DNA from: Candidatus Latescibacterota bacterium
GTDB taxonomy: Bacteria > Latescibacterota > UBA2968 > GCA-2709665
Assembly: GCA_965226795.1 (NCBI GenBank)
Contig: CBDDDZ010000004.1
Location: 768,001-832,000 of the forward strand
Length of the DNA stretch: 64,000 nt
Direction: 5' to 3'
Part shown: piece after piece, positions 39,570 to 49,329 of the stretch
Position numbering within the stretch: position 1 is the stretch's first letter
How the letters are laid out: each line of letters starts with the position of its first letter
Notes under the pieces: generated by a model
Database searches by the model: none
What the model was told of the DNA's origin: nothing
What the model saw: the letters and a program-made list of their open reading frames with translations, nothing else
Translations under genes and position numbers: made by a program

Positions 39570-42380
39570 CTAGCCCTGGCCCTGCACTATTTTTTTCTTC
39601 CGCCGCCGCCGTTTCGGTTTCGCCTTAGCAGCAAGCGGCGCAACCATTTTTTCGTATAGCCCGAGCAGATGTTCCACGCGCTCGCGCTCGGAGGCGAAGC
39701 CGCTACGTCGGTACAGCCTATCGACGGCGCGGTCCAGGACCTGGTGTGCTTTGCGGAGGTCGGGTGGCATGAGGTCTGGGTCGTACAGGTCAGCAAGTGT
39801 CGCTCCAAGATGATTCGCGCGAGTGGATAGAACGGCCTCGGTATGAGGAGCGAGACGTTCGAGGCGTTCTGACGGAACCGGGGGCAACGGATAGGTGTTG
39901 TACACGAGACCAATTGAGTAGCGAAGATCGCTCTTTAGTCTCCCGCCGATATAGCGTATCCAGCTTACGTGCATCGCCGAAGTTAACAGGGCAAATAGAG
40001 ATTTGGTCGCCGCTTCTACTACCTCTACTGCATCGCTTGGAATGGTAGGTGGTTCCATCCATGCGATCGGGACGTATTCCCGTCGTTCTGAACTAACCCT
40101 CGGTACGACCAAGAATGGTGTGGTGGGAATGACATTTACGTGGTAGAGCTTTGGCGTCAATGCGAGTGACTGGGTTGGCTTACTCCTGCTCGCCAATCTA
40201 TAGGCTCGGACGGCGGCGATCCGCTCTCGAACTTTCGGCAGGGCCTTTAGCACCTGCGGCGGCGCGTCGGCTAGATGCAATATCCAACGTTCTCCACCCT
40301 GCAGGAACTCGCGGCTACCCACGAAGGGTCGCAGATAGGGCTCGGCACCCGGTTCTTCGGCCAGAAAAGTGTCGCGTTCGTCCACCTTGAATATGTAATG
40401 GCCGCCATCAATGGGCTTTGAGCCAATAATCAGTCTTGGAAGCCCATTCAAAGGAAGGCTCGACTCCCTTACCACGATTCGTGGATCGCTCAATCCTCTT
40501 GCGTCGAAGAGGTAGGGTGAAAGCGCCGTGTGTTGGCTGTGCTGCGGATCGCTCTTAGGCGTATCGTAGGATAACAACCGTTTCAGTCTCGGTGCATCAT
40601 CCCGTTTGACCAAGCCGATAATCACCACGTGAACGTGCGCCATGCCGCGTGCGTCCGATCCCCACGCGAAGGTGCGGTGCGCGAAGGCGATTTCCAGTTT
40701 GTGGCGTTCGAAAAGAATCGGCCAGAGTTGCGCGACCTGTTCGCCCTGCGTGATGGAATTGGTGGCCACAAAACCGATTCGCGCCGGGCTCTGTTGCACG
40801 TATTCGCCGGCTTTGATGAACCACGCGGTGACGTAGTCAAGCGTGCCGCCGCTCTTTCCCAGCGCGGCGATGTTGCGCACTTGTTCACGCTGCTCGGACG
40901 ATTGAAACTTCGCACCGACAAACGGCGGATTGCCGAGCACGTAGGAACATTCCTCCGGCGGCAGTAATTCGCTCCAATCAAACTCGAGCGCGTCGGCCTG
41001 CCGAATATGCGGCGACTTCTCCAACGGAATACGCGCATAAGTCTGGCCGAATTCCAGGCTCAGACGGTTATTCATGATATGGTCCATCATCCATAGCGCG
41101 ACCTCGGCGATATGCGCCGGAAACTCCCCCAACTCAATTCCATAAAACTGGTCTACGTCGACCACCGAAAGCAACTCTGCGAAGGCGTCGACCTGGCCCC
41201 TTGGGCGAATCTCCTTGAGAACTTCGATTTCCAATTCGCGCAATTCCCTGTAGGCGATGATCAGGAAATTCCCGCAGCCGCAGGCTGGATCGAAGAAAGA
41301 CAGGTCACCGAGGCGCTGCTGAAAGGAGATCAGTTCGGGAATGCGACGCGTGTCGCGGCGCGCCTTCAGGCGTTGGAACTCCTCGCGCAGATCGTCGAGG
41401 AATAGCGGCTCGATTACCTTGAGGATGTTCTGCTCGGTGGTGTAATAAGCGCCCTGTCGGCGGCGTTCGTCCTTCTCCATTACGGACTGGAATAGCGAGC
41501 CGAAAATGGCTGGAGAGATAGCGGACCAATTGAAATGACAAGCATCAATGAGCCTCTGCCGCATCCGGGAGTCAAACGACGGAATGGGGAGCATGGAACG
41601 GAACAGGTCGCCGTTGACATAGGGGAATAGGGCGAGGTCTTCGTCGAGGGTTGTGGCGCGCCGGTCTTCGGGCGTATTGAGCACCTGGAACAATTGCGCG
41701 AGCCACCCACCCAGGTCTGAGCCGTCTTCCCGCGTCCGGCTTTCCAATAGGTCGAGGAAGATGTCACGCGGTTCGAAGATGCCGGTGTCGTCGGCAAAGA
41801 AACAGAAGACGATCCGGACGAGGAATTGTTCCAGGTCGTGGCCGATATAGCCGGAATCCGCCAGCGCGTCGTGGAGAAGGCCCACCCGCTCGGCCGCCTT
41901 AATGTTTACCGGGTCCTGATCCTTGAATGTCCGCTTCTCTACCCCAAGGATGAGTCCGAACTTTTCGACGTGTTCAGGCAGGTCAGCGAGGTTGAAAGCG
42001 ACTTTCCCGTTCTCGCCTTCGTCGAGGTCGTATAGCTCAAACGTTGCGAAATCGCTTAGCAGCATGTAGCGCGGCAGATCGTCGTCCTTGAGACCAGGAA
42101 AATAGGAGAAGGCCTGGTTCTTGGCCGCGATAAGATCCCGGCCGGCGCTCTTTTGCTCGACGATCAGGACACCCTTCCAGAACAGGTCGATAAAGCCACG
42201 CTTCTCCCCGAGGAGCTTAACGGGTTCCTCAAAAGAGGCCACCCGGCGCACGGGCACGCCGAAAACATCGAAAAAATCCCGGTAGAATAGCTGGGTCTGG
42301 CCCTTCTCGTAGCCTTCGTCCTTCCAGTCCTGTACGAACTTGGCGGCGCGGACTCGAATTTCATTCCACGATAGTCGCAT
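39570..42380 (-). CDS. MmeI/YeeA-like fused restriction endonuclease-m6A methyltransferase (Type IIG/IIL)
   Basis: IDLFWKG..EQKS nuclease, YVNGDLF, FDPACGCGNF, GNPPF, LADLYDP. Confidence 0.88.
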   Translation of the reverse strand: MRLSWNEIRVRAAKFVQDWKDEGYEKGQTQLFYRDFFDVFGVPVRRVASFEEPVKLLGEKRGFIDLFWKGVLIVEQKSAGRDLIAAKNQAFSYFPGLKDDDLPRYMLLSDFATFELYDLDEGENGKVAFNLADLPEHVEKFGLILGVEKRTFKDQDPVNIKAAERVGLLHDALADSGYIGHDLEQFLVRIVFCFFADDTGIFEPRDIFLDLLESRTREDGSDLGGWLAQLFQVLNTPEDRRATTLDEDLALFPYVNGDLFRSMLPIPSFDSRMRQRLIDACHFNWSAISPAIFGSLFQSVMEKDERRRQGAYYTTEQNILKVIEPLFLDDLREEFQRLKARRDTRRIPELISFQQRLGDLSFFDPACGCGNFLIIAYRELRELEIEVLKEIRPRGQVDAFAELLSVVDVDQFYGIELGEFPAHIAEVALWMMDHIMNNRLSLEFGQTYARIPLEKSPHIRQADALEFDWSELLPPEECSYVLGNPPFVGAKFQSSEQREQVRNIAALGKSGGTLDYVTAWFIKAGEYVQQSPARIGFVATNSITQGEQVAQLWPILFERHKLEIAFAHRTFAWGSDARGMAHVHVVIIGLVKRDDAPRLKRLLSYDTPKSDPQHSQHTALSPYLFDARGLSDPRIVVRESSLPLNGLPRLIIGSKPIDGGHYIFKVDERDTFLAEEPGAEPYLRPFVGSREFLQGGERWILHLADAPPQVLKALPKVRERIAAVRAYRLASRSKPTQSLALTPKLYHVNVIPTTPFLVVPRVSSERREYVPIAWMEPPTIPSDAVEVVEAATKSLFALLTSAMHVSWIRYIGGRLKSDLRYSIGLVYNTYPLPPVPSERLERLAPHTEAVLSTRANHLGATLADLYDPDLMPPDLRKAHQVLDRAVDRLYRRSGFASERERVEHLLGLYEKMVAPLAAKAKPKRRRRKKKIVQGQG

Positions 42381-42423
42381 ATAGTGCCTTCAATTTTATC
42401 GGTTGGTGGCGATTTTTGGCATC

Positions 42424-43197
42424 TCAGTTACAGTCTTCATTTACATCAGTATCGGTCAATAAACATCGTAGATAACTGAGTGTCGAAATGGCTTTGAGAC
42501 TGTTTGTTTGTGTCCCGTAGTCGACTGACTCGCCGTGTATCACCTGATGCCGATTTAGTCCGTCGAAAGATTCGCTACGCTCACGTTGGCTTATCCAAAG
42601 AGGCGCCGAGATTGTGAGAGGCGTCCACATCGCCTCCATGAATTCTTCGGATGCCACTTTTCTTATATAATCACAAGCGACAGTTTCTCGATCCTTTTTT
42701 CTGAACAAGATCTTCGTCGATGCCTCCCAAAAGATCCCATCACATTGTGCCAGCAAAACAGGTATCGAAAGATTGTATTTGCCTTCTCGATGGGCTTCGA
42801 ACGCGTCACGAAAAAGGTGGCTTCTCTTCGGATAGGACTGAGCGAGTTCCGACTCTATAGCATCTACTCGCGCCCGGAGAAAGTCGATTGCGATTGTTTC
42901 GGCTTGAATGGGGTCTTCGTTGGCCGCCTGCATGACTGGCAGCAGGTTGTCCAGGGGCATCCCCAAATCGGGGAACCATCCGATTTCTGCAAGCTTAGTC
43001 AAAGACTCTCGATCTATTTCGGGTTGTTTTTCCAACCACTCCAAGATTAGCACGGCATGAGGTGCAATCGCCTGCAATGTCTGATTGATCGTTTCTATGT
43101 CTTTCTCTAGCCGCGGAAACCGAGTGAGGAGCAAATCCGCGAAATGCTCAACTATAGTGTGATTCCGCTTATGGTGACTATCAGTCTGGCGCGCCAT
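42424..43197 (-). CDS. HEPN-like hypothetical protein
   Basis: LNRHQVIHG (RX4H) in a helical C-terminal domain. Confidence 0.5.
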   Translation of the reverse strand: MARQTDSHHKRNHTIVEHFADLLLTRFPRLEKDIETINQTLQAIAPHAVLILEWLEKQPEIDRESLTKLAEIGWFPDLGMPLDNLLPVMQAANEDPIQAETIAIDFLRARVDAIESELAQSYPKRSHLFRDAFEAHREGKYNLSIPVLLAQCDGIFWEASTKILFRKKDRETVACDYIRKVASEEFMEAMWTPLTISAPLWISQRERSESFDGLNRHQVIHGESVDYGTQTNSLKAISTLSYLRCLLTDTDVNEDCN

Positions 43198-43474
43198 TGT
43201 CCGCGTTCCTCGGCGAAGGTTTCCTGTCAATTCAACCAGGACTCCCGCTAACGAGCCGCACTATTGATATCTTACGAACCTTAATCTGCAGATCACAGTT
43301 CGTCGGCAATTTCTTAAATCTACTTGATAAATGATCAGAGTCATTTGGAATATTCCTGTCCGATGTGGGGCTGAGATCAGAGGAACCGAATGGATGTAGA
43401 TCTCGATTCCTTCTCCACAGACTTTCGCGCCAGTGCCCCTCATCCCCGAGCCATCTAATATCGGAATCGTTATC

Positions 43475-44095
43475 CTATCTAACCCCTTTTCCTGAAAGCT
43501 TGAAGAGCGTCTCGATAAATCGTCTTGCATGGGGCGACGCATTCGCGACTTTCTCAGGGTCTATTTTAGCCAGGATCTCAAAACTGTGACGCCCTTTGTC
43601 ATAGCGGCCTTTCGAGGTACGACGCGTAGCCTGGCGAATTCTGTTGAGTACATCATTCTTGGCAACCTGCTCTATCTGTTGATTCGACGGGAGCGCGGTT
43701 TCCTGAAAGCCCTGGCCATAGTATTCATCAAGGGCCGAACGGTCCGCCAGAAACGATGATTCCATTGCTTGCACCATAAGGTGGCATTGTTCATCCGTCG
43801 TGCCGTCCGGGCGGTCCCAGTTATCAAGGTCCTTGACGTGTTCCCACGGCTCAGCTTTCCTGACCGGTGCCTCAGCGTCAACCAATAGCAGCGCAGTTTC
43901 ATTTTTTTTGGCTGCATCGCGATGTCTCGTCTTAAAGTCCTCGTACGCGTTCCTGCGACTGCCCGAGGCTACAATTTCGGGCATTGTTCCTTTCAACCCC
44001 GATTTCTCAATGAATTTCCGAAAACCCCTGCGGCACGCCCTTTTGAGCGCCCTGCTACTGCCTCCTCCTTCGACATAAAGCTTGATCTTCACCAC
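43475..44095 (-). CDS. DUF4276 family (TOPRIM-like) protein
   Basis: LYVEGGG, LLVDAE, MESSFLAD, YDKGRHS. Confidence 0.75.
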   Translation of the reverse strand: MVKIKLYVEGGGSSRALKRACRRGFRKFIEKSGLKGTMPEIVASGSRRNAYEDFKTRHRDAAKKNETALLLVDAEAPVRKAEPWEHVKDLDNWDRPDGTTDEQCHLMVQAMESSFLADRSALDEYYGQGFQETALPSNQQIEQVAKNDVLNRIRQATRRTSKGRYDKGRHSFEILAKIDPEKVANASPHARRFIETLFKLSGKGVR

Positions 44096-45282
44096 CGATT
44101 CCCTCCAATCTCCCCTTTGACCCAGAGCTCGCCAAGTCGGTATTTTTCAAGCCACGGCTTGAGTTCGTCGGCGTCAAGACGGGCAAGTTGCGTCGCACCG
44201 TCCGATTTCTCGCAAACAATCACGGCCTCCGGAGTATCTGTGAGCGCGTCAATGAGAATGTCCGAATGCGTCGTGACAAAGATCTGGCTGCGGGTTGACG
44301 CCTCGACCAGAAGCTCGGCCACCTCCGGGATTACGTCCGGGTGCAGGCCTATCTCCGGCTCCTCAATGCAAACAACCGGCGGCGGATCGGGATTGCAGAG
44401 CACGGCCAGAAGGCACAGATAACGAAGGGTCCCGTCAGAAAGCCGCGTGGCCGGCACGGGATGTTGCAAGCCTTCCTCGTGAAAAAAAATCTGGACCGTG
44501 TTACTGTGTAGTGAGCTGCGCATATCCTCAATTGACGGGTGAAAGGCTCTCAAACGGTCCATAATCTGGCGTTTTGTAGGCGGCTGATTCAGCAAGCTGC
44601 TGAGAACAAGACCAATATTCGAAGCATCCTCCAGCAGGATGTCCTGCCGCATGTCGGCTTGTTGCGGTAGGCGGGGCGGCGTGGAGCGTCCGAAGTTCCA
44701 ATCACGATAAAAGTGCATACGTTCGAAAGCGTCAGCTATATAGGTTAATTCTGGATAGGTATTGGGATCGCGACGTTGCGAAAGAATCGACTGATCATGA
44801 CGTAACTCTTCCTGCGCGAGGCGTTGATAGGATCGAGTCTGGTCTTTCGACAATACGCTGAGCATCGCCCGTCCCGCCCGGTATCGGTAGAACACAAATG
44901 GCGCCTCATTTTTTTTTATTGGCTTCTCATTCTCGATTGCTTCTTCCAAGAGTTCGAACCGTGCCCCAATCTCGGTGAAGGACAGCCGGTACCTGAGCGG
45001 CTGTTTCGTCGGATATTCGATCGTTACGTCCACAATTGCCGTGCCCAGTCGAGGGGCTCCCTTCCAAAGCCATTCGTGAACGCCTCCCCCTTCCCGAATC
45101 GGTGCCTGTAGATCCCTGGTAGGCGCTGCGAGGAGCGATAACACTTCAATCAAGTTTGATTTTCCGGAAGCGTTAGGGCCAATGAAGACGTTTAACGGCT
45201 CCAGATGAAACGCTTCTTCCCAGGATCCGTAGGATAATATGTTGTCCAGACGGATCGTTCGAATCAACCTTTTGCCATCCAT
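44089..45282 (-). CDS. ABC/AAA_21-type ATPase
   Basis: Walker A GPNASGKS, LSDGT signature, Walker B IEEPE, TTHS. Confidence 0.88.
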   Translation of the reverse strand: MDGKRLIRTIRLDNILSYGSWEEAFHLEPLNVFIGPNASGKSNLIEVLSLLAAPTRDLQAPIREGGGVHEWLWKGAPRLGTAIVDVTIEYPTKQPLRYRLSFTEIGARFELLEEAIENEKPIKKNEAPFVFYRYRAGRAMLSVLSKDQTRSYQRLAQEELRHDQSILSQRRDPNTYPELTYIADAFERMHFYRDWNFGRSTPPRLPQQADMRQDILLEDASNIGLVLSSLLNQPPTKRQIMDRLRAFHPSIEDMRSSLHSNTVQIFFHEEGLQHPVPATRLSDGTLRYLCLLAVLCNPDPPPVVCIEEPEIGLHPDVIPEVAELLVEASTRSQIFVTTHSDILIDALTDTPEAVIVCEKSDGATQLARLDADELKPWLEKYRLGELWVKGEIGGNRW

Positions 45283-45433
45283 AGAGCACTCCCCGCAGTT
45301 TCCCTTTCGGTGCCAATTACAAATGGAATCTTCGTCTTTCATCCGGATTATCACTGAATCGAAAAAATTAACTACGTTTCAATGCCAATCCCTGATTCTT
45401 GCACTGATTTATTCGATTAGCCGGAGGGTCTTG

Positions 45434-45590
45434 TGTACTTTCTGCAGAGCGCCGCTTCGGAATCCCGCAGAATCGATGGTGCGTTGTCGGACAGCAATTG
45501 CCGTCAACGTGCTTTATCGGCCATTTCCCATCGTTATTGACCGACAACTGACGTTGTGGGACATAAGTGGCCGACAAAATACTTTTTTGC
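45434..45590. repeat. Intergenic repeat with several 7-6-7 palindromic sites
   Basis: ccgtcaa-cgtgct-ttatcgg (45501), ccgacaa-ctgacg-ttgtggg (45541), ccgacaa (45571); related to 32791-32876. Confidence 0.65.
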
Positions 45591-45637
45591 CTACGGCGAC
45601 GTTTACCCGCATCCCAAATCGAGTCCACCCATCCCGC

Positions 45638-45700
45638 GTAGGGGCCTGCCTGCTGAAGCAGACGAGGCAGGCGGCAGACAGGCAACCCTTGGGGTTGCCC
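45638..45700 (+). repeat. GTAG REP interrupted by a 38-nt insertion
   Basis: gtaggggc [45646-45683] aacccttggggttgccc; the flanks equal the 29469 REP apart from one base. Confidence 0.7.
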
Positions 45701-45711
45701 TGGGTTCTCAG

Positions 45712-46131
45712 TCACTGCGGTTCCCAGGGATTGGTGACGTCAATGTCCAGGCCACTGAAATCCGCGACATTCCTCGTTGCAACCGATAAATCGTGAGCCC
45801 TGGCAGTTCCGGCAATGAGCGCATCCCCCAGGTCCAGCACCCGTCCGGCTCGATGCGCCTGTGTACGAAAGCAGGCCGCCCATTCTGCGCCCGCTCTATC
45901 GATTGGAAGAATGCGGTCCTGGTAATCCGTGATGAACCCGGACAGCACCGCGCGCAAGACGTCGCGACGTTGTCCATGAGGCAACATTTTCAAACCAAAC
46001 GCCAACTCATGCACGACCATCGCCGACACCCATAAGTCGTGCTGCTCAGCCAGGAATGCCATAACCTGCGAGTCCGGCACGCTCCCGGTCAGTTCGGAGA
46101 CCACGTTGGTGTCCAGGAGAAAGCCGCTCAC
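45712..46131 (-). CDS. vapC: PIN-domain toxin VapC
   Basis: LLDTNVVSEL, DALIAGTA, ATRNVADF. Confidence 0.9.
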   Translation of the reverse strand: MSGFLLDTNVVSELTGSVPDSQVMAFLAEQHDLWVSAMVVHELAFGLKMLPHGQRRDVLRAVLSGFITDYQDRILPIDRAGAEWAACFRTQAHRAGRVLDLGDALIAGTARAHDLSVATRNVADFSGLDIDVTNPWEPQ

Positions 46132-46412
46132 CCCGTTCCTCCGTCGTCGAACGGAATCTCCCGCCGGGACGTTCTATCGCCAGGAATTTCGAGATTCGTG
46201 CCGCGCGGCATGTTGTCGATCAGCCACTGGCCAAGCGGTTTGCGCGGTGACGACTGAGCATTCCATACGTGCTCGGGCACCACAACAAAAGCCTTCCGCG
46301 CGCCGATACGCTGCGGGCCTTCCGCTTCGGAAAGACGAAGGATTTCAGACAACCGTGCCTTGGCCTCTGCGACAGTCCAGACCCGGCGTGGTTTGGGATA
46401 TTGGGTGGTCAT
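46128..46412 (-). CDS. Phd/YefM family antitoxin
   Basis: WTVAEAKARLSEIL..GPQRI; overlaps vapC. Confidence 0.8.
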   Translation of the reverse strand: MTTQYPKPRRVWTVAEAKARLSEILRLSEAEGPQRIGARKAFVVVPEHVWNAQSSPRKPLGQWLIDNMPRGTNLEIPGDRTSRREIPFDDGGTG

Positions 46413-46497
46413 ATATTCTCCTATCGATGTCTTATAGTCCAATATAGACCACCTTAATCAGGAATTCAAGGGGTTTCATATCGGCTATCTATAAATA

Positions 46498-46528
46498 TGG
46501 CCGATCCTCGACCGACGCGGATCGGCCA
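46498..46528 (-). terminator. Possible terminator hairpin downstream of the GcvT-family gene
   Basis: tggccgatcc/ggatcggcca 10-bp stem followed on the minus strand by tatttat. Confidence 0.4.
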
Positions 46529-46557
46529 ACCATATCTACGATGCGACCCGGCCGGTA

Positions 46558-46606
46558 TCCTTGCATAAGATATCTTGTGAAAATCATAATAAATCTTATT
46601 ATCATC
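46558..46606. other. Tandem Xer/dif-like sites, right island edge
   Basis: tccttgcataa-gatatc-ttgtgaaaatc and, 21 bp on, cataa-taaatc-ttattatcatc. Confidence 0.5.
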
Positions 46607-46629
46607 GCTTCAGACGTCTGGACGGCGGT

Positions 46630-49099
46630 TCAGGATGTCGGTCTTTCGCGGCCGGGATCGTAGAGGGGTTCGCGCGAGACCGTGGCGCGATGGCAATTGC
46701 CGAAGTATTCGATTTCTACGGATGCCCCCGGCTTCGCGTACTCCAGCGGCAGGTAGCCATACGCGATGAATCCGCCAACGGTGTACCCGTGATTGGCGCT
46801 GGTAACGTACCCGAGTACGCGGCTGCCGTCCAGTATGGGTTCTTTCCCCATCACAACCGCGTATGGATCGTCCAGGGTGAGGCAGCAGAGTTTCCGGGTG
46901 ATCCCCCGGTTCCTGATTTTGATCAGGGCGTCCCGCCCCACGAAGTCGCCCTTGTCGAGTCTGACGGCCCAGCCGATGCCGGCCTCGCAGGGGTTGTACT
47001 CCGTGTGAATATCCGTGCCCCCCAGGCGGTATCCCTTTTCAAGCCGGAGCGCGTCGAACGCGCCGCCGCCGAGCGCGACGAGACCGTGAGCGCGACCGGC
47101 CTCCCAGAGCGTGTCCCACAGGCGAAGCCCGAACTCGGAAGGCGCGTAGATTTCCCATCCCAGTTCTCCCACGTAAGAAATGCGCAGCGCAAGGGCGGGA
47201 ACGGGACCGATCCGGATCTGCCGTGCGGAAAAATACGGGAAGGCCCGGTTGGTCAGATCGTCGTTACAGACCCTTTGAAGGATCCCGCGGGCTTCGGGCC
47301 CCCACAGGCCCAGGCCGCAATACGTGGAGGTCACGTCGGCAATGTGAACGGCGCGTTCATCCCGGGCGTGGAGGGAAATCCGGGCCAGGTCCCGGGCTCC
47401 GGCCGCGCCCGTGAGGACCAGGAATCGGTCGGGAGCCAGCCGGGTAATGGTCAGGTCGGAGGCGATTCCACCCCTTGAATTGAGCAGGGCAGTGTAGATA
47501 ACCGTGCCGACCGGGCGGTCGATCCTGTTGGCGGCGATGCGTTCCAGATAATTCAGGGCGCCCTCGCCGGCAATTTCGATTTTCGTGAACGGCGTGAGGT
47601 CGCACAGCCCCGCGCGGCTCCGTGTGGCCCGGTGTTCGACCCCCTGAATGGGAGACCAGTATCGCGCCTCCCAGCCGCTTCGCGATGGCAGATCTTCATC
47701 TTTCAGCAGGGCGCCGTTGGCCTCGAACCACTGCGGGCGTTCCCAGCCCGCGCCTTCGAAGAACACGGCATCCAGTTCTTTCAGGCGCGGATGAAAAGGG
47801 CTGACGCGCAGGTTGCGCGGATGAAAAGGGCTGACGCGCAGGTTGCTGATCCATCTGTTCCAGCGGATGGATGATATCATAGACTTCGCGGTATTGCTGC
47901 GTCCCACGGGCTTCGACATAGTCCCTGGTGTGGACGTGCGGACCGAAGCGGTTGACATCGGCGTCCCGGAGATCGATTTCGGGCGCGCCGGATTCCATCC
48001 ATTCTACCACGGCCTGCCCGACGCCGCCGCCGTGCGTGATCCACACCGCTTCGGCAACCCAGAGCCCGCGAACGTCGACGGACTCCCCGAGAAGGGGCAA
48101 CCCATCCGGCGTGAAGGAGAAGAGGCCGTTGATCCTGTAGTCGAGCCCCGCGTGTTTCAAGGCGGGCAGAAGCTCGTCCGCCGCCTCTCTCGCCACCCTG
48201 AAGTGTTCGGGCGTGAAATCCATTATGGAGGGCGAGACCTTTGCTTCATCCGGGCTGGCCAGGTCGTCCGGACTCACCAGTAGCGGTTCGTGTTTGTAGG
48301 AACCGATGCCATACCGGTCGGCCTGCTGCCGGAAATACATGGCGTAGTCCTGGTGGCGCAGGATGGGATGGACGACCTCCCGGGTTTCTCCCGCCAGTTC
48401 CGGAAGCGGCTCGGTGAGGGCATATAGATGCTGAACGGGCGCGAGGGGAATGGAAATCCCCGCCATTCGGCCGAGGCGCGGCCCCCAGATTCCCGCGCAG
48501 ATCAACACCTGATCCGCGGCAATACGACCCCGATCGGTGTCAACCCCCCTGATCCGGCCGTTGGCGACCTCGATGCCCGTGACCGTGGTACTGCCGTGAA
48601 ACGTCGCGCCGGGTTCCGAGGCGCGGGCCATGGCTTCGCAGGCGCATACGGCTTTGGCAATGCCATCCGATGGCACATAGTACGCGCCATGGATTCGATC
48701 CGCATCCAGGAGGGGGAGTCTGGCTCTGGCCTCGTCGGGCGAAATGATGTAGGCTTCCAGGTTCCATGACCGGGCGGCGCCCAGTTTGCGCTTCAGGTCT
48801 TCCAGCCGTTCGGGCGTGTACGCGACTTCGAAGCTGCCGACAGGATAGAAGCACGGCTGGCCGTCCAGGTTCAGCGCGTTGTAGAGCGCAACCGCGTTTC
48901 GCGACAGATCGGTCATCATTTTCGAGAAGTTGGTCTGGAAAACCAGTCCGGGAGCATGGGAAGTCGACCCGCCGGTATCGAACAGCGGCCCCTGGTCCAG
49001 AACCACAATGTCCTTCCAGCCCAGCCGGGTGAGATGGTACACGGTGCTGCAACCGACGATGCCGGCGCCGATGACAACCAGGCGCGCGTGGGATTGCAT
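46630..49099 (-). pseudogene. GcvT-family FAD-dependent oxidoreductase (dimethylglycine oxidase-like), frameshifted near 47846
   Basis: IGAGIVG, GSTSHAPG, FTPDG in one frame; GWERPQWF, RISYVGELGWE, LRLEKGY in another. Confidence 0.82.
47785..47846. repeat. Perfect 30-bp tandem duplication at the frameshift
   Basis: gcgcggatgaaaagggctgacgcgcaggtt x2. Confidence 0.95.
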
Positions 49100-49187
49100 G
49101 GTGGCCTCTCCGGTTATGCCGGTCAACGGAATCGCCCGCGCACCAGGGCGACTGAGATGCGCCCGGATTCGAATAAATCGCTTGACA

Positions 49188-49215
49188 TTGATATAACAGT
49201 TGCTTTCTTTACAAT
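49188..49215 (+). promoter_or_regulatory. Possible sigma70 promoter for the peroxiredoxin gene
   Basis: TTGATA-16-TACAAT, with TTGACA just upstream. Confidence 0.4.
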
Positions 49216-49329
49216 CCTATCCGATACCTGGTTTTGGTACCCTAAAACGCGTTGGAAGGGTTTCGGTTACCGGAAAATTCCCGCTGCGCCGGAGCATCTC
49301 AACGAATCACAAGAATAAGGAGGTCTGCT

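Larger units (their letters stand above)
29515..46606 (-). mobile_element. Defence/toxin-antitoxin island without a visible integrase
   Basis: All genes on the minus strand, visibly more AT-rich, nuclease/SIR2/RM/HEPN/TA content, truncated gene remnants, dif-like sites at both edges. Confidence 0.7.

Noticed and set aside
29515..46606. Integron cassette array
   Set aside because: No intI and no convincing RYYYAAC...GTTRRRY attC hairpins after the genes examined
46579..46606. Fur box
   Set aside because: About 14/19 match on the minus strand, but no iron-related gene follows and it overlaps the dif-like tandem pattern; not fully excluded
47785..47846. CRISPR repeat
   Set aside because: Two adjacent copies without a spacer, inside a coding region, and no cas genes
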